The translations under genes were made by a program, and so were the position numbers. A DNA stretch of 63,438 nt, counting the filler, from Octopus bimaculoides (taxonomy: Eukaryota), in assembly GCF_001194135.2 (NCBI RefSeq). It is 5 parts of 5 records of this genome, joined end to end, with 100 filler letters (N's around TTAATTAATTAA, not from the genome) between each part and the next. Parts side by side here need not be neighbours in the genome. Positions count along the whole stretch, not along the records: positions 1 to 27,181 come from NC_068983.1; 4 more parts are not named here. One strand, given 5' to 3'. The notes below the pieces were generated by a model. It had not been told where the DNA came from. It searched no databases and was given only the letters and a program-made list of their open reading frames with translations. Positions 12,776 through 24,779 of this stretch are shown in pieces. Numbering within the stretch: position 1 is the stretch's first letter; every line of letters begins with the position of its first letter.

Positions 12776-12888
12776 CAAGTGCACCATTTGAGGAAGACAA
12801 TGTTACAGAATTCTTCAAGATTCATTTTACATGACTTGGGAATAAGAACTAAGTCCTGAAGCTGTGTTTCCGGTGATAGGATGACATC
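12776..12888 (-). CDS. Candidate internal coding exon, unknown protein
   Basis: Acceptor ctgcctctttacattagtag|, donor TG|gttagt, 113 bp. Only one frame is open: DVILSPETQLQDLVLIPKSCKMNLEEFCNIVFLKWCT(W/C). Confidence 0.45.
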
Positions 12889-13302
12889 CTACTAATGTAA
12901 AGAGGCAGAATATTTATTCCTTCTGTGTTTAAACGCTGTGAAATACAAAGTGACTAACTTTCAGTTCTTCTGGTGAATTCCACAGAGGCTTTGAAAATAT
13001 TTACAGATACCATCATTGTTTTAACATCCACTTTTCCATGCTTGTATGGGTTAGATGGAATTCCTGGAGGCAGATATTTTTACAGCTGGATACACTTCTT
13101 GTCATCAAGCCTCAGTTGTTTCCAAAGTAATATTTCCCTTTGAACAGACATGTCACAGAAGATTGTAAATGAAGGTCACTGCTTGTATGACAGTGATACT
13201 CATTTACAATTATCACACTATATCAAGACACAGAAATAGACAGACTTCTTTCAGTTTCTGTCAGCCGATTCTAATAAAAAGTCTATGGTTACCTAGTCAC
13301 AC

Positions 13303-13462
13303 ACTGTAAAGTAGTTGGCATTAGGAAGGGCACCCAGCTGTTGAAACCAAACCAGATCAGACTAGAACCTAGTGCAGCTCTCCAGCTTGCCAGTTCTGGT
13401 TAAACTGCCCAACCCATACCAGCATGGAAAATGGACATTAACAGAGGAGGAGGATGATGATT
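13303..13462 (+). mobile_element. RTE 3' UTR remnant
   Basis: gtaaagtagttggcattaggaagggcacccagctg...ccagcatggaaaatggacattaa. Confidence 0.65.
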
Positions 13463-14539
13463 AACAACTATTTTCAAATGATATTGTTTTTTGCCAGTAT
13501 CTTGTTTGCTTTTAATTGCATGCCTCCTTAAACAATTCCCAACAACTAGTAGCATTGTTCACTTTGGAAACCAGTGAACTATAAAACCAGAGTTTCGGTT
13601 CTCAGTTTCACACACTGTAGTTTATGTAATAAAGAACCATTTATTAAACCAACACACACCATGGCCACGAAGGAATATTTAAAGTGTAGATAAATATCTT
13701 AGAGTGAAAGGGAGAGAGAGAGAGAGAGAGAGAGAAAGATAGAGAAATAGAGAGAAAGAGAGAGAAAGAGAGAGAAAGAGAGAGAGAAAGAAAGAGAGAG
13801 AGAGAAAGAAAGAGAGAGAGAGAGAGAGAAAGTGAGAGAGAAAGTGAGAGAGTGTGTGTGCGTGTGTGTACGTGTCCTGTCTGTAATGAAGGTAATTATA
13901 TCAAGATTGTAGTGTTTATGGTCAGTTAAGATTAATGGAACACAAGGAAAGCTATTCTTGAAATGTGACCATGATAATAAAAAATAAGAGAGGGAAAATA
14001 GAAATAGATAGTCGCCAGAATGGAGGTCTGGAGAAAAGAGCTAAACAACAACTAATTAAAAACAAACAGACAGACAGAACAATACAATGTGTTCATGTCA
14101 AACCAACCCTATGAACTGATCTTGTTAATATATGAATTAATTACTTTGTTTTAGTATATGCCTTTACCTATATGGCTAAAAGTGAAGGCATATGGCCGAG
14201 TGGTTAGTGGGTAGTGCTCTCAAGCATAAAGTTGCAGGTTTGATTTTTGGGTTGATTGGCACATTTTATTAAAATCAACCGTCTTCATTTCACACTCCAG
14301 TTTAGTGAAAATGAGTAGCAGCTGGTTACTGGTACAGCCCTTTCTTCTCGTCATCTCCTTGATGCCTTGCTGAATCAAAGATGGTAGGACCAAAGAGGTG
14401 TTTATGTCTTCTCACAACTACAGAAATACCGAAATCATCTTCAGGGTGAGATAGAAAACCTTCCCATATTTTACTTAATCATTGTTGTGGCACTAGCGAA
14501 GTTAGTGCAGATGGTAAAGGTGTCTTCAAGTATCTCTAT

Positions 14540-14915
14540 CTTTTACTTGTTTCAGGCATTAGACTGCAGCTATCCTGGGGGTACTGCCTTAAATAATTTT
14601 AGTTGAACAAATCGACCCTGGTATTTAATTTTATTCTTTCAGTCACTTCTTTCTTAAGGGACATAAACAGACCAACACCAATTGTCAAATGATGGTGGGA
14701 AAACAACACAGACACAAAGACACACATGTACATCACTTCAAACAACCTATACATATCTACACACACAATGGGCTTCTTTCAGTTTCTGTCTAAATCCACT
14801 CACAAGACTTTGGTCAGCCTGGGGCTATAGAAGAAGGCACTTGTCCAAGGTGCTAGGCAGTGGGACCGAACCCAGAACCATGCAGTTGGGAAGCAAACTT
14901 CTTACCACACAGCCA
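14540..14915 (-). mobile_element. SINE family A (degenerate)
   Basis: Tail and head motifs on the minus strand. Confidence 0.75.
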
Positions 14916-15039
14916 CCTTTTTATTATTTATTTTTTAATTTTTTAGCTACCGTTATGGTTTACACCAGAACAAATTGTATTTACTTTTGCAACATTTATG
15001 AAGAATACCAAATGGTGAATTTATGACTGCAGAGTGTTA

Positions 15040-15320
15040 AATCAAAATGACGGTCTTCCAAACTGAAAATCCATATTGCTATGGAACAGGGCTACATGTT
15101 CCGCAATAAAAAGAAAGCTACCTGGAAGTCTTTGGAGTGTTCAAACTCCAGAAGATGTCCAAGTTGTGAGACAGTAGTGGTCTCCTAACCATTCAACCTA
15201 TAAACATTCTTCTGCTTCAGGATTGTCTAAGAATAATGTTCCATCCATACAAAATGACAGGTGTTCAAAGAACTTCAGGAACTGGAAAAACCACATGGCA
15301 TGCTGTAGAGTTTTCTTTTC
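15040..15320 (+). pseudogene. Decayed Tc1/mariner-superfamily transposase N-terminal/HTH region
   Basis: Frameshifted pieces SVQTPEDVQVVRQ, FHPYKMTGVQ and NWKNHMACC resemble the 'RTPENVERVRQ...FHPYK..VQEL..D...R...C' linker of Tc1/mariner-type transposases. Confidence 0.6.
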
Positions 15321-15954
15321 CCCTTTTTACTGCAACTTGTCTGAAGATGATTTAATTGCGTATGTAGTAATGACACAGCTAAAACAATTAGCTAAAACCT
15401 GGCACATATTAACAAGTTATACCTGTTTCAGAATGACAGCCATGGCTGGCTTTTGCTTTCATGGAAAACAATTGTTCACACACAAAATGAACATAGATAT
15501 CAATAATTGGTACCAAAATTAAGATAAACAATAAGGATTAAATGACCATCTGTGACAACAGACACACACACTCACCACGTGGCCCTTAAATAAGAGTGCA
15601 TGCAGAAAACTGATGTAGCTGCCCCCTACTACTACTAGTAATAATAATAATAGTAATAGTAGTAGTAGTAGTGTCTCAAATGATTTGTTTATCCTCTTGT
15701 TTCAGTCATTGGATGGTGACCCTTGAAGGGTTTTTGGCCAAATAATTCAACCCAGAACCTATTTTTCTTTTTAAATCCAGTACTTATTCTATTGGTCTCT
15801 TTCTGCCAAACCACTATGTCATGGGGATATAAACAACCAACACCAGTCATCAAGTAGTGAGGAAGGGGACAAAATGCAGACAAAGACACACATTCAAGTA
15901 TATATACACAAAACAGACTCCCACAATTTCCTATTTGTTTATATATATATTTTC

Positions 15955-16154
15955 TTTTATTCTTTTACTTGTTTCAGTCATTTGACTGCGGCCATGCTGC
16001 AGCATCGCCTTTTAGTCGAACAAATTGACCCCAGGACTTATGCTTTATAAGCCAAGTACTTATTCTATCAGTCTATTTTGCCAAACTGCTAATTACAGGG
16101 GGGCATAAACACACCAACATTGGTTGTCAAGTGATGGTGGGAAGACAGAGAGAC

Positions 16155-16197
<43 letters not shown>

Positions 16198-16325
16198 NNN
16201 NNNNNNNACACGAGCTTTTTTTCAGTTTCCGTCTACCAAATCCACTCACAAGGCTTTGGTTGGCCTGAGGATATAGCAGAAGAAACTTGTCCAAGGTGCC
16301 ATACAGTAGGACTGAACCCGGAATA
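15955..16325 (-). mobile_element. SINE family A
   Basis: ttttacttgtttcagtcatttgactgcggccatgc...ccactcacaaggctttgg...actgaacccgg. Confidence 0.85.
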
Positions 16326-17215
16326 TATATTATTATGAACTTGTAATTGTGACAGATACTGATGTCATGCAGCTGGAGGGCATCCAAATGTAGAAACAAT
16401 GTCAAATTAGACTGGAGTCTGGTGGAGCCCCTCAGCTTACCAGCTTTGGTCAGATCATCCACCCATGCCAGTATGGACAATGGATATTAAATTATCATCA
16501 AGTGTTTTAAATCTCGGTTTTGTCCCCTTTTAATGGGGGTGGCCAAATCTACCTCAATGCCATAGCAACTGAGGTAGGCAGGTGCAGCCCACCCCAACCT
16601 TTTAGTGGGCTGGTTGGTGCCTATTCTCCTTTGCTATCATGAGGCTTTTTTTGGAGCTGGATTTTCTATGGGAGGCATGCCCTTGCTTACCCCCGACCTC
16701 AGTTTCTAGACTTGAGTAGTCCCGAGGCCAAGGCCTCTACCATGAACTTTAAGAAATGTGGTGGAAAACTAGCTCAAGAAGGTAGGGACGCTACTCCCTG
16801 AGACCACTTCCTAAACCTTACACAAAGCTGACTACTATGTCATGAAGCTGTACATGCACTTACACATACACTGATTTAGAGAAATATGAATGACAGAAAT
16901 GAAGCTAAATTATCAAAAATAGAATTTTAAAACATGAACCCAGAGGTTCTTGGGGAATGTTACATCATGATTTTATCTTGCTCCAAGATGTGACATACCT
17001 TAAGGAATAATTCACATATGAGGTAGTATTGTTTCTACATTATTCAAAGACATTAAGCAACATAGGTGGATTAAAATGACTTCAATCTGGAATTTAAACA
17101 AAAGTATATATTGGTTTAACTCGATATGGATGAGGGATGGGCAGCCACCAAGTTTGTCTGGAATTCAAGCCTTTCTCAAAGAGATGAATAATGTTTCAAA
17201 GAATATATTCATAGA

Positions 17216-17500
17216 GGCAAGCGTGGTTATGGGGCTAAGAAGCTTACTTTGTAACCACATGGTTTCAGGTTCAATTCCTTAAGCAATCACCTTGGGTAAG
17301 TGTCTCCAAGGCTAACCAATACTTTGTGGGTGAATTTGGTAGACGGATAGGGTAGAAACCCATTGTGTATGTGTGTGTGTGTGTGTTCCAACCGGTGTTG
17401 GTTTGTTCATATTCCAATGATTCATTAGTTTGGTAACAGACTGATAAAACAAGTACCAGATCAATAAAAAAAAAAAGAGTACTGATGGTTGATTTGTTTG
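17216..17500 (+). mobile_element. SINE family A (old, degenerate)
   Basis: ggcaagcgtggttatggggctaagaagc...caccttgggtaagtgtct...aagtaccag. Confidence 0.65.
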
Positions 17501-18832
17501 ATTAAAACTCTGCTGGAGGTCTAATGAGTGAAACTAGTGAAATAATATATCTATATAACCTTGTCCCTGAATCAGTTAAAAAAAAGCCTGTAGTTTCTGC
17601 AAATTTTCCTTTTAGTTTACAGTCTCTTCGCCAAGCTAAGAGAAGCTATGTAGATACGGTTGTAATAAATTTTTTTTTTTAAATACTTAAAAAAGCAAGA
17701 AAAAGAAAATGTAAAAGTTTACAGTGTCCCCCCCAAAATTCAAGCACATCAACATTCCCAAGAAGAAACTGCTTAGCTTCCCTGGCTGCCAAATCTCAAT
17801 TGACCCGAACCTTTAATCAGCCAATATCTGCTGCCAACTAGTAAAACAGCTGGTTGAAAAATGAAGATCTCACACAACAAATATTTGTCTCTCAACTTTG
17901 AATCAGACAACTATGGGAGTGTGTGGGAGGAGAGGAGCTTTAAGTTGCAGAAAACCTAACCCCATCCAGCCCCATAACTTTGTTGTATAGCAGAGTATAT
18001 GATACTAAAAGAACAAGGTATGTACATAGAGAAGGATACACGTTGATGCTATTTTGAATGTATTTTCTCGTGAAGGTGAAATGATATCTTCCTGACTAAA
18101 TTTCCTGTAGATGTTCATGTAGGGAGCAGGTACACAGCTGTAGCAATTAGAAAGGTTCTGTAGCAATTAGAAAGGATTCTGTTAGTTTACAGAATGGTTC
18201 AAGAATGATACAGTAAACCTGATGTTTACAAAAAAACAAAACTATGTTGCTATGATAACCGACTACCTCTACTTTCTTTTTTTTACACTAAAGAATTCCC
18301 ATTTTGTTATGATTTATTCGTTAGCATAAAATGCTGAATTATTCAATCGTTTAAATATTTTTCAACTATAGTACTAAATACTGGAAGTAAAATTAATACA
18401 AATGAGCTTTAGATTAGTGGTTCTCAACCATTTTCTGAAAATAGACTCCTTTCATTCCTGTTACTATTTGGGTGAGCTCTCAGTCAATTGATGTTTCAAA
18501 AATCCCATTATATTTTTAGAATTAAATATTAGGAATAGTACAAAAAAAAAAGTTCAAATGTTTTTTTTTGTATTTGTAGAAGTATAAGCAATCTCTAATG
18601 GTTTGAAATACAATATCACCCACTATTCTTACCTTAACCCATTCTATGCGGGACCACCACAGGGTTCTAGGTGAATTTGTCTACATATACAATTTGTCTA
18701 TGACAATGCATGTGCGTGCGGTTGCATGTGTGCATGTGGTTGCGTGTGTGTATTTTCAACAGAAATATACTGAGAAAGGGGTTAGTACCTTCCTTGAAAA
18801 CCAACAGTGAAAAACCACATTCCACCATATAC

Positions 18833-18941
18833 CTCCAAAGAAAATCCCATAGTAGTTTAATCTCCATAGTCACCAGTGATGAACTCCCACCATAATCAGA
18901 ATCGCACAAGAGTCTGGTTCCATAAGGCAATGTAAAGAGGA
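18833..18941 (-). CDS. Candidate coding exon, unknown protein
   Basis: Acceptor aaattttgtag|, donor AG|gtatat, 109 bp. Only one frame is open: LFTLPYGTRLLCDSDYGGSSSLVTMEIKLLWDFLW(R). Confidence 0.35.
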
Positions 18942-19218
18942 CTACAAAATTTCCATGCTACTTTATTGGATTCACAATTTTGGTAATTAGTTCCCTTCCT
19001 CTCTTAGCCTTTCCTTGTTCTGCTAGACAGGTAAGGCAGAAATAATGCTGTACCGTAGCACCAGTAACAAGATACTATCACAATCCTTCATCTAAGATTT
19101 GTAAAACATGATAACCTTTGCAGTGTGAAGAAGATTCAATTCCTGACATTTCAGGTATGGCCTTACCTTTAGAAACAAGGAGTGTGTAGGAAAACTGAAG
19201 ATCTACAAATGGTGTTTT

Positions 19219-19310
19219 GCTGAGGTACTCAACCACTTTTCACCTATGGACCCAACAAGATCTTACATGGACCCTACAAGGGTCATAAGGATCCTGGTTG
19301 AGAACCACTG
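19219..19310. mobile_element. Short hAT-type MITE
   Basis: Right TIR ggttgagaaccactg and degenerate left TIR ctgaggtactcaacc. A related left end tagtggttctcaacc is at ~18416. No TSD seen. Confidence 0.45.
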
Positions 19311-20221
19311 ATCAAGATCTATTCAGCTATCACAAAACCTGGCCCCAATTTTGATAAAACTAGCAACAGAAATTCTAGAGGGATACTTGTTTGATTTGAC
19401 TGAAGACTGAGTTGGAAACTAAAACAACAATAGCATAGAAGACACATATTAGCCCTTCAGAAACACAAAAACTTGGGGGGGGGAAAAAAAAAAAAAAAAA
19501 AAAAAANNNNNNNNNNNNNNNNNNNNNNNNNNNNNNNNNNNNNNNNNNNNNNNNNNNNNNNNNNNNNNNNNNNNNNNNNNNNNNNNNNNNNNNNNNNNNN
19601 NNNNNNNNNNNNNNNNNNNNNNNNNNNNNNNNNNNNNNNNNNNNNNNNNNNNNNNNNNNNNNNNNNNNNNNNNNNNNNNNNNNNNNNNNNNNNNNNNNNN
19701 NNNNNNNNNNNNNNNNNNNNNNNNNNNNNNNNNNNNNNNNNNNNNNNNNNNNNNNNNNNNNNNNNNNNNNNNNNNNNNNNNNNNNNNNNNNNNNNNNNNN
19801 NNNNNNGAGGGGGGGGAGTGGCTGACAAGTGTCTTCCAAGGTGAGATTGCTATCCATAGAAATATAAAACCCCTTAATACTTTTTTTTTCTTTTTTACTA
19901 ATTTCAATAACTGGGCCTTGGTCATGCCAGGACACTGTTTTGAAGGGCTTAATCAAATCAACCCCATCCCAGTTCTTATTCCATCAGTTCCTATTAGCCA
20001 AACCACTAGGTTATGAAGATGTAAACAAACCGACACTGGTTGTCAAACAATGAGACACAAACACGAGCACGCACACACACAACAGGCATTCACACAAATT
20101 TCCCTCTACCAAATTCATTTACAAAGCAGTGGTCGGTTTGGGTTATAGTGGAAGACACTTGCCCAAGGTGGCATGCAGTGGGACTGAACTCAAAATCACA
20201 ACGACTGGGGAAGCAAACATG

Positions 20222-20490
20222 ATTTCTTTACATCATCATTTAACGTCCCATTTTCCATGCTGGCATGGGTTGGACAGTCTGACTGAAGTCTGGAAAGCCA
20301 GTGGCTGCACCAAGTTCCAATCTGATCTAGCAATGTTTCTACAGCTGGATGCCCTTCCTAATGCCAACCATTCAGCATGGGAGCCAGTCAGGTGGCCCTG
20401 GCATCAATCACATTCAGATAGTGCTTTTTATGCGTCACCAGCATGGGAGCCAGTCAGGGGGTACTGGCATCAACTATGTTCAGATGGTGA
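20222..20490 (-). mobile_element. RTE 3' UTR with two internal tandem units
   Basis: catcatcatttaacgtcc...ctggatgcccttcctaatgccaacc, with cagcatgggagccagtcagg repeated twice. Confidence 0.7.
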
Positions 20491-21172
20491 AAAAATAAAA
20501 CACCCAGCCCCTGTAAAAATGAATATTAAACCAAAAAAAATAAAGATAGACAAGGGAAGGAGCTAAATGAGTGCTAAGAACTTCACGGAGTGGTTCGTCA
20601 AGAAAGCAGCAGCATTCTTAGACATAATTCATTCTTTAATGGTTGCATATTTGTTACAAACCAAAATACTCGATTGTGCTACTACTATTACAAGTACTAC
20701 TACACAAAACATCTCTGTATGACACCCCTTTACTACAACCCCCTAAATGAATAGAGCTTTGAAATGAAGCTACATAAAAAGTCACTTATTAACATCAACA
20801 GAAATAATGTTTAAAGTTAGATGCAGCCAGCAGCAAGAGATTACTTGTGAAGGGTGAGGCCACAAACGGCACACAAGATTTAAACCGAAGCTGACAGGTT
20901 AACATGAATGATAGCTTTTTAGAATTGAGTTCTCAACTGTTTCTTTTCAATGGCAGGTGCCAATGCCAGGAGATATCAGTCTGTGATAGCATTAGTTTTT
21001 ATCTTAGCATTATTATTATTATTATTTATTATTATTATTATTTTAAGAAAGATTATTTTCATTTTGTCGATATTCCAAACCTATAATGGATTGGAAGTTG
21101 TAAATCTAACAGTCCTAGGGAATTTCTAGACACCATGGGTGGTACCCAAGAGACAAAGCCTCTTAGTTTGTA

Positions 21173-21207
<35 letters not shown>

Positions 21208-21572
21208 GCCCCTCAGTTGAAAATATAGAGAGAATGCATAAATAGAAACATCAAATTATGTTTTCTATTAATAGGGTTTTTTAAATAAGTTTTTTTTATA
21301 TTAATAACGTATCTAAAAGGAAATTCAGCTGTTATTTATAGCTTATAATAATGTATTGGGCTAAATATTAAAAAAACAAACTTGAATGGATAAAAAAGAA
21401 AAGGCAGCTAGAGACTTGAACCATGCATCATCTGCAACACAGTCTTCAAATTTTAAGAGATTATAAACTTATTTATAGAGGAATTCTCAAAGAAATAAAA
21501 TAAATCAATATTCTAAATTAGGAAATGTACAAATGTGTTGGTTCTTAAGTTCAATTCAGGCAGATCCAACAA

Positions 21573-21604
<32 letters not shown>

Positions 21605-21654
21605 ATACATCTTTGAAATAACCTTTTTGTGACCATATTTATCTTGAAAAATAT

Positions 21655-21842
21655 TGCCTTTCGGCTGATATACTCTCCAGCCTTCATCAGGTGTCCTGGG
21701 GGAAATTTCAAACCTGAGTTCTCATTCCTAAGGTATTTTTCGATATTATTATTATTATTATTCAGTTTACTACCTGGAATCAAACTCGGAATCTTGGGGT
21801 TAGTAGCCTGTGCTTTTAACCACTATGCCATATGCCCACAGG
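21655..21842 (-). mobile_element. tRNA-headed SINE with hammerhead-like tail (copy 1)
   Basis: Minus strand: tggcatagtggttaa...ctactaa...gagtttgattcc, (AAT)n, ccttaggaatgagaac..., then GGACAC-CTGATGA-A-GGCTG(gagagtatat)CAGCC-GAAA. Confidence 0.75.
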
Positions 21843-21911
21843 CATATGGGAACCGGTATTAAGGAAGGATAGAATATCAGATTCATAAGCCCTAAAATTC
21901 ACTCCGTAAGT

Positions 21912-22160
21912 GCCCACGGGCAGATGGCGTAGTGGTTAAGAGTGCGGGCTACTAACCCCAAGATACCAAGTTTGATTCCAGGCAGTGACCTGAATAATAA
22001 CATCGAAACATACCTTAGGAATGAGAACCCAGGTTTGAAATTTCCCCAAGACACTGATGAAGGGTGGAGAGTATATCAGCTGTAATGTGTTAATAAACAA
22101 GATGAGGACAAATATCTGTCAAATGTAAATAACGTAAATAATTCCTCATCTCTCAAATAT
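21912..22160 (+). mobile_element. tRNA-headed SINE with hammerhead-like tail (copy 2, inverted relative to copy 1)
   Basis: tggcgtagtggttaagagtgcgggctactaa...agtttgattccagg, aataataa, ccttaggaatgagaac..., then CTGATGA-A-GGGTG(gagagtatat)CAGCT-GTAA-TGTGTT. Confidence 0.75.
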
Positions 22161-22257
22161 AGAACTATTATATATTGCCTTTTTTCAATATTTTGAAAAT
22201 AATGAAGGATTTATGAAAATAAAAGCCATTAAGAGGAATGTAAGGAATATAAAGCAT

Positions 22258-22430
22258 CAAGCTGACAGAATTGCTTAGCATTTCAGTCATCTTTACATTC
22301 TGAGTTCAAATTTCACTGAGGTTGATTCTGCCTTCCATCCTTCAGGGTCAATAAAATCACTGGGGTTGATGTCCTCAACTAACTCCCTCCCCAGAAATTG
22401 CTGGCCTTGTGCCAAAATTTGAAACCGTTA
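22258..22430 (+). mobile_element. SINE family B
   Basis: gctgacagaattgcttagc...ttctgagttcaaattt...ccttccatccttcagggtcaataaa...ggccttgtgccaaaatttgaaa. Confidence 0.7.
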
Positions 22431-22569
22431 TTAACAAGAATATAAACAAAGTTTTGATACATTATAACTTAGGTCACTTTATTCAAGGGAATTTGTCTGA
22501 GAATCTAGGGTACTTTCAGGCACATTGGAATCAAAAGCAGTATAGTTATACAAGTACCCACCAAACAGA

Positions 22570-22830
22570 TCCACTACTGACCAAACGTCTCACCCACAAA
22601 ATTCCCATCTCTAACCATCTCCACTCTTCAACTTCCACAAACCTACCTACTCAGCTATCCGCAATTCTCTGTCCCTACTCTGTCTATTTTCTTGTACATT
22701 GAGGGTCATGTCCTGGCACCTCATCTCCATTTTTTCTACCTTGTCAGCAGGAATAACCATGTATCTCCTCTATAGCAAGATACCTGTTCTTGTCCCTTAA
22801 TCATTAGTCTTTCAACACCTGGCATAAAGC
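22570..22830 (-). pseudogene. Highly decayed RTE ORF C-terminal region
   Basis: Broken translation ...DTW...KVEKMEMRC..MTLNVQENRQSRDRELRIAE resembles RTE 'ETW...EMRMLRWM..V...DR....ELR'. Confidence 0.4.
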
Positions 22831-23217
22831 CACCTCCCTCAAGACTGCATCCCCATTCAGTTGAGGGTTTTTTTTATGGGGGTTGGGGGTTGTTTTGAAA
22901 GTTACTTGGTAACTTCACTTGTGCTGGTGCCATGAAATAAGCACCCAGTATACTCTGTAAAGTAGCTGGTGTTAGGAAGGGTATTGAGCCATAGAAACTG
23001 CACCAAAGCAAATATTGGAGCCCAACACAATCCTCTGGCTTGTTGGATCTTGCTGAACATCCTAACCCCTGACAGCAGGAAAAGCAGATATTATGTTACA
23101 AGAACTGTAGTAGTCTCAATAAAAATTCAATGTTGTAAATCAGGCTGCAATGATACAATGGCTTAAACAGGATTTCACTTGAGATTTCAAATTTCTGGGG
23201 ACAACTTGATCCTGAAG

Positions 23218-23428
23218 AATCATCATCATCATCGTTTAACGTCCGCTTTCCATGCTAGCATGGATTGGACGATTTGACTGAGGACTGGTGAACCAGATGG
23301 CTACACCAGGCTCCAATCTAATTTGGCAGAGTTTCTACAGTTGGATGCCCTTCCTAATGCCAACCACTCCAAGAGTGTAGTGGGTGCTTTTACGTGCCAC
23401 CGGCACGAAGGCCAGTCAGGGGGTACTG
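23218..23428 (-). mobile_element. RTE 3' end, (GAT)n-tailed family
   Basis: catcatcatcatcgtttaacgtccgctttccatgctagcatgg...ggatgcccttcctaatgccaacc. Confidence 0.85.
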
Positions 23429-23560
23429 GTCTCATACAATTTCAGTAGAGCAATGTGCATTCCATTTGGAATAAGGTGCCACATTGAAAATACAATCCTG
23501 ACGAGCCACTTTATATACATCTGTATAAATGCAAACACTTGTATAAATGCAAACACACAT

Positions 23561-23598
<38 letters not shown>

Positions 23599-24293
23599 GA
23601 CTTTGTCAATGTAAATTCCAGCCAAGTTAAACACCATTCTAGAATGATTCATGTCAAGATGGATTACCATTTGGCAAAGGTAGCTAAATGATAATCCAAT
23701 GAGTTGGAAAGGGAGTTTCACCTACCAGGTTGAGAAAAAATACTTAGCTCAGCTAACCACACCTTAGAACAGTCATAAGTAGTATGGCAACAATGTGAAG
23801 AGTCTCTCTCTCTCTCTCTCTCTCTCTCACACCTACACATTCATCAATCATTAACCACAATCTCACTTATTCTAAAATTAGATAATACTCAAGTGTTTTT
23901 AAGCTGAAATACTAGAAAACCAATATCTTATCACTAATGACTTTTTTTTAAGACAAAAAAATTGATTTAGTGCAATGACAACAGAAAAAGGAAACTATCA
24001 GTGTTGGTAGAGAGAGGTGGGTGTTATCTGAATGCATAAGTAAAGAAATAGTTTAAGTCGTCCTCAAATATCACTTACACATATCAGTGATTCTAAATCT
24101 TTTAAAACTCAATCCAAACTTGGAAGAAACAGAAAATGTACTAAAAATGTTCTCACTCTGAAATAATATACCTTAAACATGCTTGTGCCAAAGTTTCTTC
24201 AGTTGGGGGAAAGGAATTCTACCTAAGTTATCCAAACCAGACCAGTACAGAAGCCAAATATCTATTACCCCACCACCACCACCAGTGTCTTAC

Positions 24294-24339
24294 TGTATGG
24301 GTCTTTCTTCCTCCCCCATCTTCAAAACACGTGTTAGGA
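24294..24339 (-). CDS. Candidate coding exon, unknown protein
   Basis: Acceptor ctgacctttttatattaag|, donor ACA|gtaaga, 46 bp. Open as VLTRVLKMGRKKDPY or GPNTCFEDGEEERPI. Confidence 0.3.
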
Positions 24340-24556
24340 CCTTAATATAAAAAGGTCAGAGTTAAGCATTTGATTAGCTCCTAATTTATAGATCTGCTCC
24401 AACAGACTTAATCATAGCTTCTCAACAACACTTTTAGAAGAGATACTACATACATTTTATCATAACTTAAAAAACTCAGAATTATATCCCTTAAAACTTT
24501 AAAATAATCTGAAATTTTCTACAGTTTGTGCAGAGATTCTCTTTCTTTAGTTTTAA

Positions 24557-24779
24557 CCCATTCGTGCTGAAATTGCCTGAAAATTCAGATATAATTATTT
24601 TGACCTAAATAACTGGAAAAAATTTAATTGAAATCCGTTTGATACAGACTGCATACGCGTTAAGACATTTCATTCTTTGATACAGATCATACACAAATCA
24701 CAATTTGTATCAAGAATTTTGGTTTAAACTGACCCTTATAAATTAAGGGTAGTTTAAACCGACAATCAGCATGAATGGG
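24557..24779. mobile_element. piggyBac-like TTAA MITE with subterminal hairpin
   Basis: ttaa|cccattcgtgctga ... tcagcatgaatggg|ttaa (13/14 TIR match). Internal hairpin at 24721-24760. Confidence 0.8.

Noticed and set aside
15200-15330. Walker-A-like QRTSGTGKTT peptide and the 99-aa ORF at 15223-15522
   Set aside because: It lacks the first Gly, and the flanking FHPYK..VQ / WKN..ACC pieces are explained by a frameshifted Tc1/mariner relic.
17019-17040. let-7-like TGAGGTAGTA
   Set aside because: Only the first 10 nt match and no precursor hairpin is evident.
18990-19200. Several overlapping small exon options on both strands
   Set aside because: At least four mutually exclusive AG/GT combinations are open, and they cannot be discriminated from sequence alone.
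21914-21995. tRNA gene (anticodon loop CTACTAA)
   Set aside because: No good acceptor stem, and it is continuous with a SINE body present twice. This is a SINE head.
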